From the NCBI GenBank assembly GCA_964247055.1, contig OZ176050.1:9920001-9984000 (forward strand): a stretch of DNA of 64,000 nucleotides, given 5' to 3'. Below, in pieces: positions 38,701 to 52,309 of the stretch. Below the pieces are notes generated by a model, which saw only the letters and a program-made list of their open reading frames with translations, made no database searches and had not been told where the DNA came from. Made by a program: the position numbers and the translations under genes. How positions within the stretch are numbered: the first letter of the stretch is position 1; each line of letters opens with the position of its first letter. Origin of the DNA: Paragordius varius. Taxonomy: Eukaryota; Animalia; Nematomorpha.

Positions 38701-41700
38701 TAAATTTTGAAAAAATTTAAATTTTTTATATCTATTAAAAAGGTCATATGAGAATAATAACCCATGTAATTTCCCACAATCGAAATCATGTGAATTCACT
38801 TTATATTTTTTAGCATTGGAACCAAGTATTAATTAACCAGCAGCGAATTAATCCATTTATTGACGTTATTTACTTCACTAGGTAAATACTTTTTTTATTA
38901 AGCAATAGGCCTATGTATAAAGATTATTTACCTCTTCGATATCGCTGGTAGGTATTGGTTGATATTCTCTGTATCGCTTAGGTGGTTCTTTTTTACGGGC
39001 TGAAGTTGGATGTTTATTGATGATTGTAGATGTTGGCAACATAATGTCAGAATATTCAGGGGGAGATAGGGTTGGCATTACCTTTCTATATCGCAAGGGA
39101 AAGTGAGATGATGGAGCCTTATTCGATGAAGATTTATTGCGCTTTTCCGCTGATCCTTGGATAAATATTTGTTAAAACTTAAAATATGAGAATGAACATA
39201 ATATTAAAATTTTCCCCCTTAAAACATATTTTATGTTCGAAGAATAAAAATTTTTTATTTAAAACTTACACCATCATGAGAGATTCATATACAGTGCGAG
39301 CAAGTATACATTGCTAATTTTCATTAATTATTGTCTATAGAGCAAAATGGGTATTATTGGCTTAAAGTTTTTTCTTTATTTTTATTTGCCTAAAATAATG
39401 CTTTTGCTGTTTATGCTAACTGGAAATATTAAATGAAAAACGAGCCCATTTTGCAATACTATTACACGGAATTTGTCATTCGTATAAAATTTAATTAAAC
39501 ATTCTATAGAGCTCATTGTAAATTTTAACAATTTAAATCGATAAAAATACATCCCTTACTTGCCTAAATCAACAAATTTTTAAGGTGATTCACTATCAAA
39601 AAGCCATGTTTAAATTCAAAGAAATCAAAACAAAACATAAACCTTAAATTTAATCTTTTAACGCTATATCTTGAAGTAGTAACCTGGGTATCGATATGGA
39701 CTCAGCTCACCATCTTCATTGTAATAGACTGGGCTTGAGGGGGGACTTTTTTTCTTAGAATCATCTCTGGATGTAAGGTTATCATCACTAGAAATTTCAA
39801 ATGTATCGTCATTATCACCCTTTTCTAATTTCTATTTTGAAAATTAATATTTATGTTTTTTTAATGTATATTGTATATATCAGTTAAATTTAAAATGATT
39901 TTTAACCGTTTCGCTTTACAATAAGTTTTATGTTTTGTAAATAATATATATATTTCTAGTATACCTATAATAGGTTCATTCTGGACAAAGATCAGATAAA
40001 TTAATATAAAAACATTCAAAATTAGTGGCCATATCATTTCGTTGTTTATAAAATATAAAAATTTAAATATTTATAAGTACCTGTTTGTTTTTTGAGTGAC
40101 TACCATCATCCAATGTTTTTGATGCATTTTTTCTAGCGATAGCACAAATTCATATAAAATAAGATTATTAAAAAAAAACTCAGATTAATATGGATTTTAC
40201 ATTCGAATATATGGTGGACACTGAGCCCCCAATTGTGGGAAAAATACATGATTCAATATACGCATCATACTCCTCTTTGAAAATAAATAAAATAAAGTTT
40301 TTAATTATTATATTAATTTCAATTATATAATTAATGTTAAATTTTATCAAACAATATCAATAATATTAAACAAATATTTGTAAAATATATTATTATTTTT
40401 TCATTTTTAGATCATCATGAGTATTTCATAATACCTATAAACTGGTGTAAGGTGCAAAGGTGTGATCAACTTTGTACTATTATAATTTATAAATTAAGTC
40501 TTGTTTAAACATAGGAAAAGTGTATGATTATCAGCATGAGTTCATAGTTTGGCAATGTTTATTAAAAAAAACTTATAACAAAAAAGTACCTATGTGATCG
40601 TACTTTTCCAGATTTTTTGGCAGTTTTTCCTGTATCTTTATCGTCAGATGAAGTGCTACTTATTTTTTCTGCCTCATCTTCTTCTGTACTTTCAACATTC
40701 TCCAATTTGGACGACATTTCTTGCGTGTCTTTTTTCACAGCAAAAGGTTTTGGAATTAAACTTATCGTTGACTGGGTAGATTTTTTTGTTTCGCTTTCAT
40801 TAGTAAGTTTTTCCAAAGAATTTTTACCCTAATAATATTGGAAAAATTATGAATAATTGAATGTAAAAAAACAACTTTGATAAACACATGTAATTTAAAT
40901 TAATTTCTGATTTAAAGCCTAAAAAATAACAATTTTTATTTTATAAATGAAATTTTATTTTTATCCAATCACTTAGTGTATTTTATGAACCAATAATCTG
41001 GAGTAAAACATAAATAATTTACGAGTAAAGATCTTTGTTGATTTCTACCCATGAGATTTGGTCGTAGTAATGTATGGGTCCCTTTGCTTTTTCTTACTCG
41101 TACAAGTGTGTGAGAATCTATAGAAATTAAAATTATATAAAAAATTAATTATGATTTTGTATAAGAATTTAAAGAACCATTAATTTTATACATACTATGA
41201 AAATGAAAAACTCATTAACAGGCGTTTTAGAAAAAGAGCAAACATACTAAGAGAATGAAAAACTCATTAACAAGCGTTTTAGCAAAAGAGCAAACGATGA
41301 AATAATTTGTTTTGCACAACCAAAAAGTGATATGTAATAAATATTTAATTGAAAAAAAAATAAAATTTAGGTTGGTAATAACCATTTTTCATTTGGGTAT
41401 GCTTTGTGGATGTGGTCGCAATCTCGTCATTTTCATCATCGAAATATTTGTAATCTTTTGATTTTAATTCTTGATCGCTAAAATCTTGCTCGCCTTCTAA
41501 ATCGTAATCAAGGGTAGTTTGCTCAATAGTCAATTTTTTGGTCTCATTTGAATCTGATCAAAAATTATAATTTTAACACTTACAAAAAACATTAAAATGG
41601 TTAGGACTTTATAAAATTGAAAACTTATATTTTTTAGTATAATTATATGATTTCAATCATTTATAAAATTGAGTGTGTTGCTTTCATATATCGATTTTAA

Positions 41701-44700
41701 CCGATATACATATATAAATTCAAAAAGATTGTGTTTCCTTATAAAAAAAATTTAATCATTTTTAATTATTAAAAACTTATTAAGAATGATGAATTTTTCC
41801 ATATTGATTACATTTATAAAACAAGAAACATTACCAGTTTTTGATGTTTCCGGATTAGGAGATTTTCGATCTGAAATTTTATCTAAAAAAATTACAATAG
41901 TTTATATTTTATAACACAAAACAATTGACAAATATCACAAATATTCTCAATATGTTATGCTTATGGTTAATAGAATTTGGACATTTACCTTTACAAATGT
42001 AATTATATTATTCAAATTAATTAACAAAATTTATATCAATATATAGTCTATAAATGTCGGTGAGAATTCGTAGAGTTGTACGCTTGTCTTCTTTTATTGA
42101 TAATAAACAGAATTTATTTTTCTTGGTTTTTAATTTCGTTAAAATTGGAACAATTCAAGTGTTTAAACGGCAAAAGACAATTTTTATAATATTTGTAATC
42201 CTCAATTCATGAGTTATTAACTAAAATTTAACTCTCATATATTAAGCAAAACAGTATTATGTAAATTCATCTCAAGCTGTTTTATGTGTCATATTAACTG
42301 GTATTTTAACCTTGAATATAAAAATGTACAAATGTATAAAGTAACATTTTCACATAATTGGCATATATAATATAATTATTATGACAGTTTGTCTAAAATC
42401 AATGTCTAAATATAAAAAGAATGATTTCAGCGAAATTTTGAAATGTGGTAATTAGTGTATTTATGCAAATATCATGATGTTTTGAGATCTCAAAAACTTG
42501 AACAATAAAGTAAACTTAGTTATACACTGATGCCATTTTGCAATATTTTTTGTCAAAATCGTATGAATCAAGTGTTGATATTAAAAGTTGTAAGGGAAAA
42601 ATTATTAATGGTGCAGACAATCAGAAAGTGATGCAATTTATTAAAACCTATGTGATCTATGTATCTTTAGTTTTCAACTGTTCCTCAAAATCTTTTGTTT
42701 CTAGTCTTTGTTTTTAATTTATAGTTTGTTTGGTCAACTATTAAAAAAGTATTGCACATTAAATTAATGTCTTTAATTTGTTTATATTTACTGAGAAATG
42801 TTAGAGTTGATGTGAAAATTTCAAGAACAATTCCGGTAACTCATGATTAATATTTTTATTATCAATAAAATAAAAAATTCAATTAACCAAAAATTTCGAT
42901 TTTCTAAGTCATTTTTTTCCCAAAAAAAGATAATGGCTAATATATAAATTAAAGTTATACCCATATTTTCATCATTAAATTCAGGTAACTCTGAAGATGA
43001 AATGCTAATTTGATCTTCATCATCTAGGGAAAGATCGCTAGTGTGCACTGAACTTACTGTAATTTCATCATCATCGATTTCAACAACTAATATATACCAT
43101 TTACAGTTCAAATTCACCCTTAAACAATTTAAATTCACCCTTGAACAATTCAAATTCACCCTCGAACAATTCAAATTCACCCTCGAACAATTCAAATTCA
43201 CCCTCAAATAAATAACATGTTTTTTAAGATTAAAAAATACCTATATTTTAATATATTTTTAAAAAATAAATTTTGTTTTAAATTAAAATAATACTGAAAA
43301 AAATAATAAATTATGCCATAAAGATATATTTTATATTTATAATGAGTTATATTAGATCGAAAACACATAATTTATTTTTAGGGTGAATTTGAATTGTTCG
43401 AGGGTGAATTTGAATTGTTCAAGGGTGAATTTGAATTGTTCGAGGGTGAATTTGAATTGTTTAAGGGTGAATTTGAACTGTAAATGGTTGTAAATAAATT
43501 TAGGTAGTTTTATATTAAAACTGTCAATCTATTTTGTATAATATTATTTTTGATAATCAATATGTGTGGACTAGCTATATATATATATATATATATTCAT
43601 TAAAAAACTTTATTCAAAACGCAAACTTTACAGTTTTATGAACGAAATGGTTTTGTTTCATTGTTTTTTGGTAAATCAATCTTAACTAATCTGGTTTCCA
43701 TTTTATGGCATATTTGATATTAAAAATCGAAAAAAGTCTTTAATAATACCTACCTTTAGAAACATCGTGTTTAATAATATTGCTGTTTTTAGTTTCAGAT
43801 TTTTCCTCTCCGTCTGTGATATTATGAGCTTTAGCTATCAAAGCGTCCAAATCAAGGTTAAGGACAGATAAATCAAGACCACCTCCGCTACTATTTACGC
43901 CATTGTTTGAACCAAATATTAGTTGATTTGATGTATCTATAATAATAATAATAGAATGTAGTTAGAGCCAAAGTTACTTTGATGGGTTTAGTAATGTAAA
44001 AAGATTATTATAATTAGACAAGGTTGATGTTAGTATTTAATTCCAATTGATATGTTTATTTTGAATTATTTTATAGAAACTATATATATTAACGCGGAGC
44101 TCATACCTCTACCTCAAGAGTCTTTTACAACGCTAAAAATTAATTGGTATTTCTCATGACTTTCCTGATTTCTAAATAAATCGTAATTTTCCAGCAACCG
44201 TTAAGAGCGTATACCACCTTATCACAAACTAGTTTTTGGTTTTTAAACTATCATAACACTAGGCAACAAATTTTGACTTTTAAGTGTTTTTGTAATTTTA
44301 AATTTATTTTATGAAAGTACATTAATAGTATATCTGAAAAAAATTAGTCAAACACCTAAGATTTTACTAGGGTTACCGAAAATTTTTAGCCACAATTTAA
44401 CATTAAACTACTTCAAAATTAAAGGTTATAGATATAAGTCAAGTATTATATATCATTCGAAAGAGGGCAAAAACTAAATATTTCGAATAGTGATTCATTG
44501 AAATCAATTTGATATAAAAGTTGTTTGGTTTATATGGTCAAAATTTTCAACCCTTAATAAGTAAAAATTTTATTATCTAATTTAGAAATCATGAAATTAT
44601 TTTAATATAATTATTAGGGGGCATTAGTATAAAATATGTTAAAAATCGTTGAAAAAGGTTTTTGTTTGGGTTTTTAATAGAAATTATTATTAAAATTATT

Positions 44701-47700
44701 TTACCTAGAGGATACTAAATTGTATATAACTGTAAATTTGTTACATTATGGTTATAGATCAAAAATACCTTAAAATTTTTTCTAGTCCATGAAATAATAT
44801 AATTTTATGCTTTCTAATAAAACAATTAATAAAAAAATAAATGTGGCTGTTTCGAATTACATAAAAACAATAAATAAATGTTTTAATCTTCTTGTGCAAT
44901 ATTTTTTAAATATTCATTGCCATCTACACAAATTTACATTTAGTTTTAAAAATTTATTAATTGAGAAAAAAGCTTTCGCTTTGCGGGTTTTTCGCTTGCT
45001 ATTTCCTATGTTAACTATCAATATAAAACATGTTGGTATGCATTTTATAAAGTTTTCATCATTTTTCAAATAATATATTACAAATGACCATTTGTTGTAT
45101 ATTTTCGAAGATAAATATTTTTTAGTAAAATTTTGATAAAGACTGCATCTAAATAAAAAAATTATGATAAAAATTTCTTAGGTAATAATTTCTAATTTAC
45201 ATTTACTGTTAAAATGATAGTAAATATCAAAAAATGCAAAGAACCAAAGTGCCAGAAAAATATGTTATCAAGTAAATAGGCAAAAACAAAATTTACAATA
45301 AATGAAATTTTAATGTTAATAAATATAAACAAATATCTAATATTAGTTAATTTAATACCAAATTAAAAATGGTAAAAATAATACAAATTGTCTAATTTTA
45401 TTAATTATATCCTATTTGAATATTATATAAATTTTAAATTTTTTTATTCATAATGGATTATATAAAATTTGTAAATAACGCATATACCTTCAGAAATATT
45501 ATTCTCATTATTTTCAAGAACTGAGTTCGTAGTATTAGTGTTATTACAGTTAAATAATTGGGCCAATTTATTCCGAATCATATCTAGGGCTTGAAGGGCG
45601 GCTGGATTATCGGTCGTAACGTTTGTCCCATCAATTCCTAAGAAAAAAAAATAAAATTTAAAAATAGGAGTAATAATGGGTGATAAGAGATTTATTATAT
45701 ACGGAATAATAATTTAATATGTAAAACATAAATATATTAGGCAGTTTATATATTTTATTAAAAAGTTAAACAGTTAACCGTTCACAATGATTCCGAATGC
45801 GAGAAAAATACATAGTTCATTATCTGCATGATCAACCTTTATATAGTATAATTATGAATTTTTTGATTTAAATTTCAATATTATTTAATTTTAATAAATA
45901 ATATTAAATATTAATAATATTCCGCAGATATTTGAAAATTATTTAATTTTGACATGATAGCTTGTGTTCATAATACACACAAACTAAAAAATTTATGGGC
46001 AGGTGTGCCCAACTTTCAACGATTATAACTTAGAAAACAGACTATTTATTCAAACTCATTATAATGGGACTCCACACTATATAATTAGTTATTTCATGCT
46101 TAATATTATATTATATACTGTTAGAAAGGTAACAGAGGTATAAAACGTAAAACTTGAAAAGATATTTATTCGGTTTTTTTGTGCTTTATATATACTATTT
46201 TTAAGTGAACATAATTTGCATTATAACAATAAAATTTCGAGTAACAAAGCATATGATATTTACATAGTACAAAAAAATATAAAAATAAGACAATTCAAAT
46301 CCCACAGAAAATTACAATATACAAACAAAATATATATTTAAAATTTGCATATATAATACATACCAAAATCTTTCAAGTCATTGACTAGAGAAGAATTTGT
46401 CGTAGCTTCAGTATTAGTTGTTTCTAGAAGGCTAATACATTTACCACCACTATTTTCAACCACGTCAACAACCATCATTTCATCATCATCATCACCATCT
46501 TCAACAATATTTTTATCGATAATAAAAGCATCATTTCTATCGGTAGAGGGTTCTGGAGGTTTTTTCCCAGCCTCTATATTTTCAGCTGTGGATTGAACAC
46601 AGGAGTAAGGTAGGGGTGGAGGCAAAGGAGCAGCGGGGTGGAAATGTTCCCCATCTGTATTCTGGGGCAAAGGCGGTTGTTTAAATGGACTTGAGGAGGG
46701 TAGGGGTGGGCGCGGGCTAGAAAGAGTCCCTGCATTATTACCACTACTCCCTGTTATGTCTGCTTTAATATTTTTTTCGTTTTTATGGGTGTCAGTGGGT
46801 GATGGCATCTCATAATCTAAATGATAATAAATATATAATAATACACATCAATGGAAAAAGATACAATACATGTTATTACAGACAATTATGGTTAGGTATA
46901 GGTAGGGTTTAGTTTCTGACCGGTCTTATAATGAACGGTCCACCTACTTATAAATGCAGTCATTAATGGTTATAAGCAATTATACCATTTGCACTTCAAG
47001 AGTGTCCTTGAACAATTCAAGTTGGTCCTTGAACAGTTCAAGTTTGTCCTTGAACATTTCAAGTTGGTCCTTGAACAGTTCAAGTTGGTCCTTGAACAAT
47101 TCAAGTTGGTCCTTGAATAATTCAAGTTGGTCCTTGAACACTTCAAGTTGGTCCTTAAAATTTATAAATTTTGATTTAACCATAATTTTTGCATTTATTT
47201 TTTTATTTTATTATTTATTGTCCTAATTTTCTTTATTTATTATATATTTATTCAATTAAAAATAAAAAATTTTATTTAAAAACCACTTTTTTGTTTTAAA
47301 CTATTTTTTTTTCAATTGAACAAAATTATTGACTTTTAAATGTTTTTAATGAAAAATTTTAATTAATAACCCAGAAAAATTATATATTTTTTATTTCGTG
47401 TTAAAATCTCATAAATATCCAATATTTTGAGAAATTAATAAAGATATACGGTTTCTCAAAGTTTAAAAATTGACGATTTAAAATTTATGTTAAATAATAA
47501 AAAATAGGTAAAAAACAATAAAATAGATGAATTATTTACGATTTGATTGATAAAAGTTAAAAACGAAACAAAAAAGTCAAAGTACCAACTTGAAGTGTTC
47601 AAGGACCAACTTGAAATGTTATAGGACTAACTTGAACTGTTTAAGGACCAATTTGAACTGTTCAAGGACACTCTTGAAGTGCAAATGGTATATCTTCACA

Positions 47701-48907
47701 AATGTAAAATTAATATGTATGCTAATTCATCCAAATAAATCAAACGTCCAAATTTGTTTTAATAACGTCAAAAATTAATAACAATCAATCGAAAATTGGA
47801 TATTTTAAAATTACACAACTTCCTATTATATTTAAGTTTACCATTATTTGATATTCAATTCAAGTTGCCTATTATTTTATTAGTTATCACAGGATAAATA
47901 TATGTTTAAAGTTTTGACTGGTTAAGTGGTTAGTCACACACGATCGGAGCAGTTAGACCAACCAAGCCTAATTAAAATCAAACCAAGTATTATTGCGATA
48001 ATAGGCTTTTAATCGAATCCAAATTATTATATGGAAAGATGTAGTAAATTAAAGACAATATTATTAGATCCTATATGATTTTTAGAAATTTTATTAATTA
48101 TAATTGGAATTAAATATATTTTTCATGAATCACAAAAAATGATATTGTAACAAAATATAATTATTGATAAAGAGTCTCACCGGTAATTTTAATCGTGAAT
48201 GTAACCGCTTAAATAATAATTGCCTAAGGCAAAACAAAAAATTATATGTAACAAAATTTATTTAATCGTTAAAATAAATTTAAAAATAACATTTGCTCTA
48301 TTTAATTATTTTTTTAAAAAAAACTTGGGTATATCAGAGATATCATTATTATATTAACTGATTGTATCTATAATAATTAAACCAAATATTGCGATTTTAA
48401 ATACAATTAAAATATAAATTAAAACAAATAATAGTTATAAACACCAAATGGTTATTATTAAAAATATAAGGGTAAATAAATTAAATGTTACCTTTATCTC
48501 CGTGTATTATATAATCCGGAATTTTTTTATCATTTAATAAATGATCTTCCATGAATCGCAATATATCTAAACTAAATTTTGAGCGGAGGTTAACATTAAC
48601 TGCATGATTGACAATATAATTTATTTGATCGGATAAAATTTTTGATTGCAAAACATCGGTACGCATTTTATTTCTAATTTCATTTTTACTTAGTAAATTA
48701 TTCCATTCTATATTCATAAGATGGGAGGCAACTGATGACTCCACTTGTTGCTTAAGGGTAAAATAGAATGGCTAATATTAATTGTGTAAAAACTTTTGTA
48801 TCAATTTCAGAAAAAGCCTCCTGTCGCAACTTGTCAAATATACCCTTGGATTTAAAAACATCCATGTATTTTAAAATTTCCTCCTCTGGCACATCTGAAT
48901 CGCTCAT
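35733..48907 (-). CDS. BOD1L1: BOD1L-like protein (N-terminal COMPASS Shg1/Bod1 domain plus long low-complexity tail); about 16 exons
   Basis: Exon 1 48794-48907, a 22-nt intron, then exon 2 48492-48771 give KGIFDKLRQEAFSEIDTKPFYFTLKQQVESSVASHL...EIRNKMR. A later exon carries ITVSSVHTSDLS. Phase-compatible exons include 46364-46816, about 45488-45637, about 43754-43938, about 42960-43087 and onward to 35733-35969. Middle and 3' exon boundaries are less certain. Confidence 0.78.
36748..36966. mobile_element. Tc1/mariner-type MITE, family shared with the copy at 63942
   Basis: TIR CAGT(G/C)ATGTATCCTTTATTTTATCAAAAATTTA at both ends, with TA on the left flank. Confidence 0.8.
37130..37750 (+). 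pseudogene. Divergent, decayed Chapaev-like transposase remnant inside the last BOD1L intron (antisense)
   Basis: TQAKAEADVVTGSMIKKIYTRQAFD and RYKELAEYFIKSFNDMG..QMCMNRHIVYEHLDKFP align by eye with SDSKIKEGIFVGPQIRKLF and MMKCFQEFGVRMSLKIHFLHAHLEYFP of the 17565-19476 transposase. Stops and a frame mismatch are present. Confidence 0.5.
41191..41300. repeat. Two-copy direct duplication, period 52 bp, intronic
   Basis: ATGAAAAACTCATTAACA(G/A)GCGTTTTAG(A/C)AAAAGAGCAAAC starts at 41203 and at 41255. Confidence 0.85.
43095..43489. mobile_element. Foldback-type element A with inverted arrays of a 21-bp repeat
   Basis: TACCATTTACAGTTC...GAACTGTAAATGGT termini. About 5 units of (C/T)TGAACAATTCAAATTCACCC lie in each arm, around an AT-rich core. 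Confidence 0.8.
46983..47690. mobile_element. Foldback-type element B with inverted arrays of a related 21-bp repeat
   Basis: TACCATTTGCACTTCAAGAGTGTCC...GGACACTCTTGAAGTGCAAATGGTA termini with TA on both flanks. Unit TTGAACAATTCAAGTTGGTCC, about 8 copies on the left and about 5 on the right. Confidence 0.85.
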
Positions 48908-49556
48908 AATGAAATGTGTTGATGCATATAACAAGCTGTGTATAAAATTAACATTCAATCTCTTTAACGCTTAAATTCAGCTTATTAAATGGTATAATTA
49001 TTTAAACCATTTATTCATAACTATTAAGTATTTATCCTATCGCTAATGTTACATTCAAAGAAAACCTTCTGGTGATAAACTCTTCATCAGTAGTGCTTAA
49101 CAAAATTAATAAAGAATATATTTTGTGCAACAGCCGTGCACTATATACTAATGTGACCAGATATTTAGAACCCTGGCGCAGTACAAAATTAAAACATACT
49201 TTGCCTATTTTTACACCGGATTTTTGGTTATATTAAGCGATATTGTTCGTTACTCTCATTAGAAACAATTAAAATATCCAACAATAAATTTATTAAAAAC
49301 TTAACACTTCGATTCGAATTGGGATCTAAATACCCCAGACTATATTTAAATTTATATTTTTAAAAAACTACTGAAAGAAACGGTCCCAATTTAAATTTAA
49401 GCTTCTACCCTAATAAAAATTATATAAATGAACCAAAATATCTAAATAAAATTTGGTTTTGAAAAAAAAGTTCCATATCAAACTACTTCGACCCCATTTT
49501 TATTATTTTTGTAAAATATCGTGTTTATTCGATTTTAAAGATAAAATCAAAACTAA

Positions 49557-50335
49557 TTATTGTAGCAAAGATCGTTGTCGATTTATTGCTTTTTCGAAGG
49601 TGTATTTTCTCCAGTTTATTCGATTGTAAATGAGTGATGTTAGCTGTTGTAAAGAGAGATTGGTTTCTTTGGTTAGGTTTTCGATCCTCTGGTAATGTGA
49701 CCAAAGTATGATAATTTCATTTTGAGGCACATGCCAATCAGGTGTATCTCGGGGTTTATTTTGTCAAGGATTACAGTGTTCTTTATTTTGTCTTTCCAAG
49801 TGATTCGAAGTATCTTCCGCCAGCACCAGATTTCGAAGGCGTTAATGCATTTTTCGTCTACCTTTTTTATTGTCCAGCTTTCTGATGCATATAGCATGCA
49901 AGGAAATATTAGGACTTTAACTAAACGGATTTTTGTTTTAAGTTTGATGTCGTGTGATGACCATAGTTTATTATATTTTATCATTTTTGTCTTAGCAATT
50001 CCTATTCTTCTTTTGATGTCTGGGGTGCTGTTGTTAGTTGTATTTATAAGACTGCCTAGGTAAGTGTATTGGGACACTACTTCTATTTGTTGGTTGTGAA
50101 AAGATAAGTTGTTATAGTGGTTATGAGCGTTTATAATCATGATTTTAGTTTTTTTAAAGTTGATCGTCAATCCAAATTTTTGACATTCGTTTGAGAATTT
50201 AGTTAAGAGTTTTTTTAGGTTGTCCACTGAGTTTGACAGCAGTATAGTGTCATCAGCATAGTGAAGTGATGATATAATATTGCCGGCAATGCTTATACCA
50301 TTAGTTTTATCTATGTTTCGTAATACGCTTTTTAT
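49557..50335 (-). pseudogene. 5'-truncated RTE-like LINE (RT domain 3' half to C-terminus)
   Basis: LHYADDTILL, GLTINFKKTKIM, YTYLGS, IKRRIGIAK, YASESWT, AFEIWCWRKILRITW, YFGHITR, then after an internal deletion NRINWRK. Confidence 0.9.
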
Positions 50336-51090
50336 TTAAATTACATCTAACATTGATAGAAATAAAAAAGCGGTTTATTTTGTATTATTTTTCAATTTTA
50401 CCATTGCACACATGTCACGTTGACTAAATTTTTACCTTTCGGTTTTAGTTTAAAATAAGTAATATCAAGTTTTTTGAATAAAATTTTTTATATATTTCGG
50501 TTTATTTATATTATATGAGTATAAAATTTTGCCATGGTTTGTACTTCTATATTTTTTAAAGAATATAATTTTAAACATGTCTGGGATAAACTACCCCAAT
50601 TTGAATCGAATGACTAAAATGAATGTGTTGTATCCAAGTGTTAATAAATATATGTACATATAATTATATCATATGTTATGTATATGGGTATATAATAATA
50701 ATAATATAATGGTATGTTTGTTTTAAAAAATGCTAATTGTCAAACACAATATTATACCAAATACATGATTACAAAAATAGAGGGCAATATATCTGGTTTT
50801 TATAAGATGTTGCTGTGCAGATAAAATTTTTCACACACGATCTTATGAAAGTTCTGTTCCATAGCTTTTTTAAAAAAATGACTATGTGACAGCAGATAAA
50901 ACTATTCGTTGCTAAAAACGATAGGTGAATGGATATAAAATTATTTAAATGCCGACTTTGCTACAGTGTAAAATTCAAAAATAATTCAAATAATTCTCAG
51001 TCTACTCCAATGGTTATGACGTGACATATAATTATTATTAATAAATAATTATTTTTATATAACAGTAACAATATCTAAAAAAATAATAAA

Positions 51091-51260
51091 TTATAAATAT
51101 TTTTCCAATTTATGTATTTGTCCCAATAACTTATGGTTTTGCGAAATTTTATCTAAAAAAGATTCACAATTTTCTTCTGTATTATGTTTGACCATTACAA
51201 TTGCTTTCAAGTTATCTATTGTGAGTTGTGTTTTTTCCATAGTCCACATTTTGTTTATAA
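51091..51260 (-). pseudogene. hAT transposase C-terminal remnant
   Basis: FLINKMWTMEKTQLTIDNLKAIVMVKHN...CESFLDKI...LLGQIHKLEKY* resembles the C-terminal dimerisation region of hAT-like transposases. Confidence 0.55.
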
Positions 51261-52309
51261 GAAAAAAAAAATAAATATGGTAAAAAATATAATGTTACCT
51301 GTGTAGAATCGTTCCATGCTTTTATAAATTTATAGTCCCTATGGTTGCTATTAAATTTGTTGTAACGCCTCATTAAACACAAAGGGACGGAAAAGTGTGC
51401 CAAAATTAAAATAGGGTTTATGCAGGAAAGAATAAAAAGATAATTGGCTACAAATTAAAGTTTAGGGAAGCAAAAAATTAAGTAACATACCTCCCACCTA
51501 AAACATAAAAAAGTTTTCCCTACAAAAAAAGGTTATATCGAAATTATAAGCCAAATATAATGAATTTTAACAATAATTTATAATTTTAAAAATTTTCCGT
51601 TTGATAAATATAATTAAAGTAAACTGGCACAAAATTTAATTTAGCTGAAATTTATATGAGACAAAAATGATTTTTCAAAAAATCAAATTACTAAAATATT
51701 TTATTTTGTGTTTATTTTTGAGGTCGCTTTTGCGGAAGCCCTGAGTGAAAGGTTGGCCTAAATCTAGAATCTGTTATTATAGTTCCGCCACTGCGCGAAT
51801 TTGACCGGTTCAAACCTAACTCCATGTATAATATGCAGAAATTAAAATAATAAAATTAAAAAAGGCCTTAGTTTTTTACCGCAAAAGGAATCATTTATTT
51901 TAACAAAAGGTACTCTATCAAATTCTACAAAAAAAATTGTATAAATAAAATGTAATTAAGACATATTTATAAAAAAACTTATTTCAAAATCAGTGCAAAT
52001 GTCAGCAGGCGCGGTTTTTTTTCGAAAACCCAGTACTGTACTGCGAAAAACAGCCTATTTGGTCACTACTATATACCGATAATATTTCATAGTTAATACT
52101 TTTGCAGATATTTATGCTCCAAATAACTGCATCAAAAAATGTGATACATCAAAAACCACTTGAGCCGGGTTTGAGTATCACTGCTCTATTGCGCCATTGT
52201 ACCAATATCTATGTCTTTGGTAATTCATTTTTTAGTTTATTTAACTATTTTAACCTAAATCGTTTTGAAGAGCCTATTATTTTTACGACATTATAGCTAT
52301 CATATAACA

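Noticed and set aside
42821-47778. 21-bp repeat arrays as a CRISPR array, or the ORFs RVNLNCS(n) and FKDQLEL(n) as genes
   Set aside because: The repeats are tandem with no unique spacers and are arranged as inverted arms of intronic elements. The ORFs are by-products of a 3n repeat unit.
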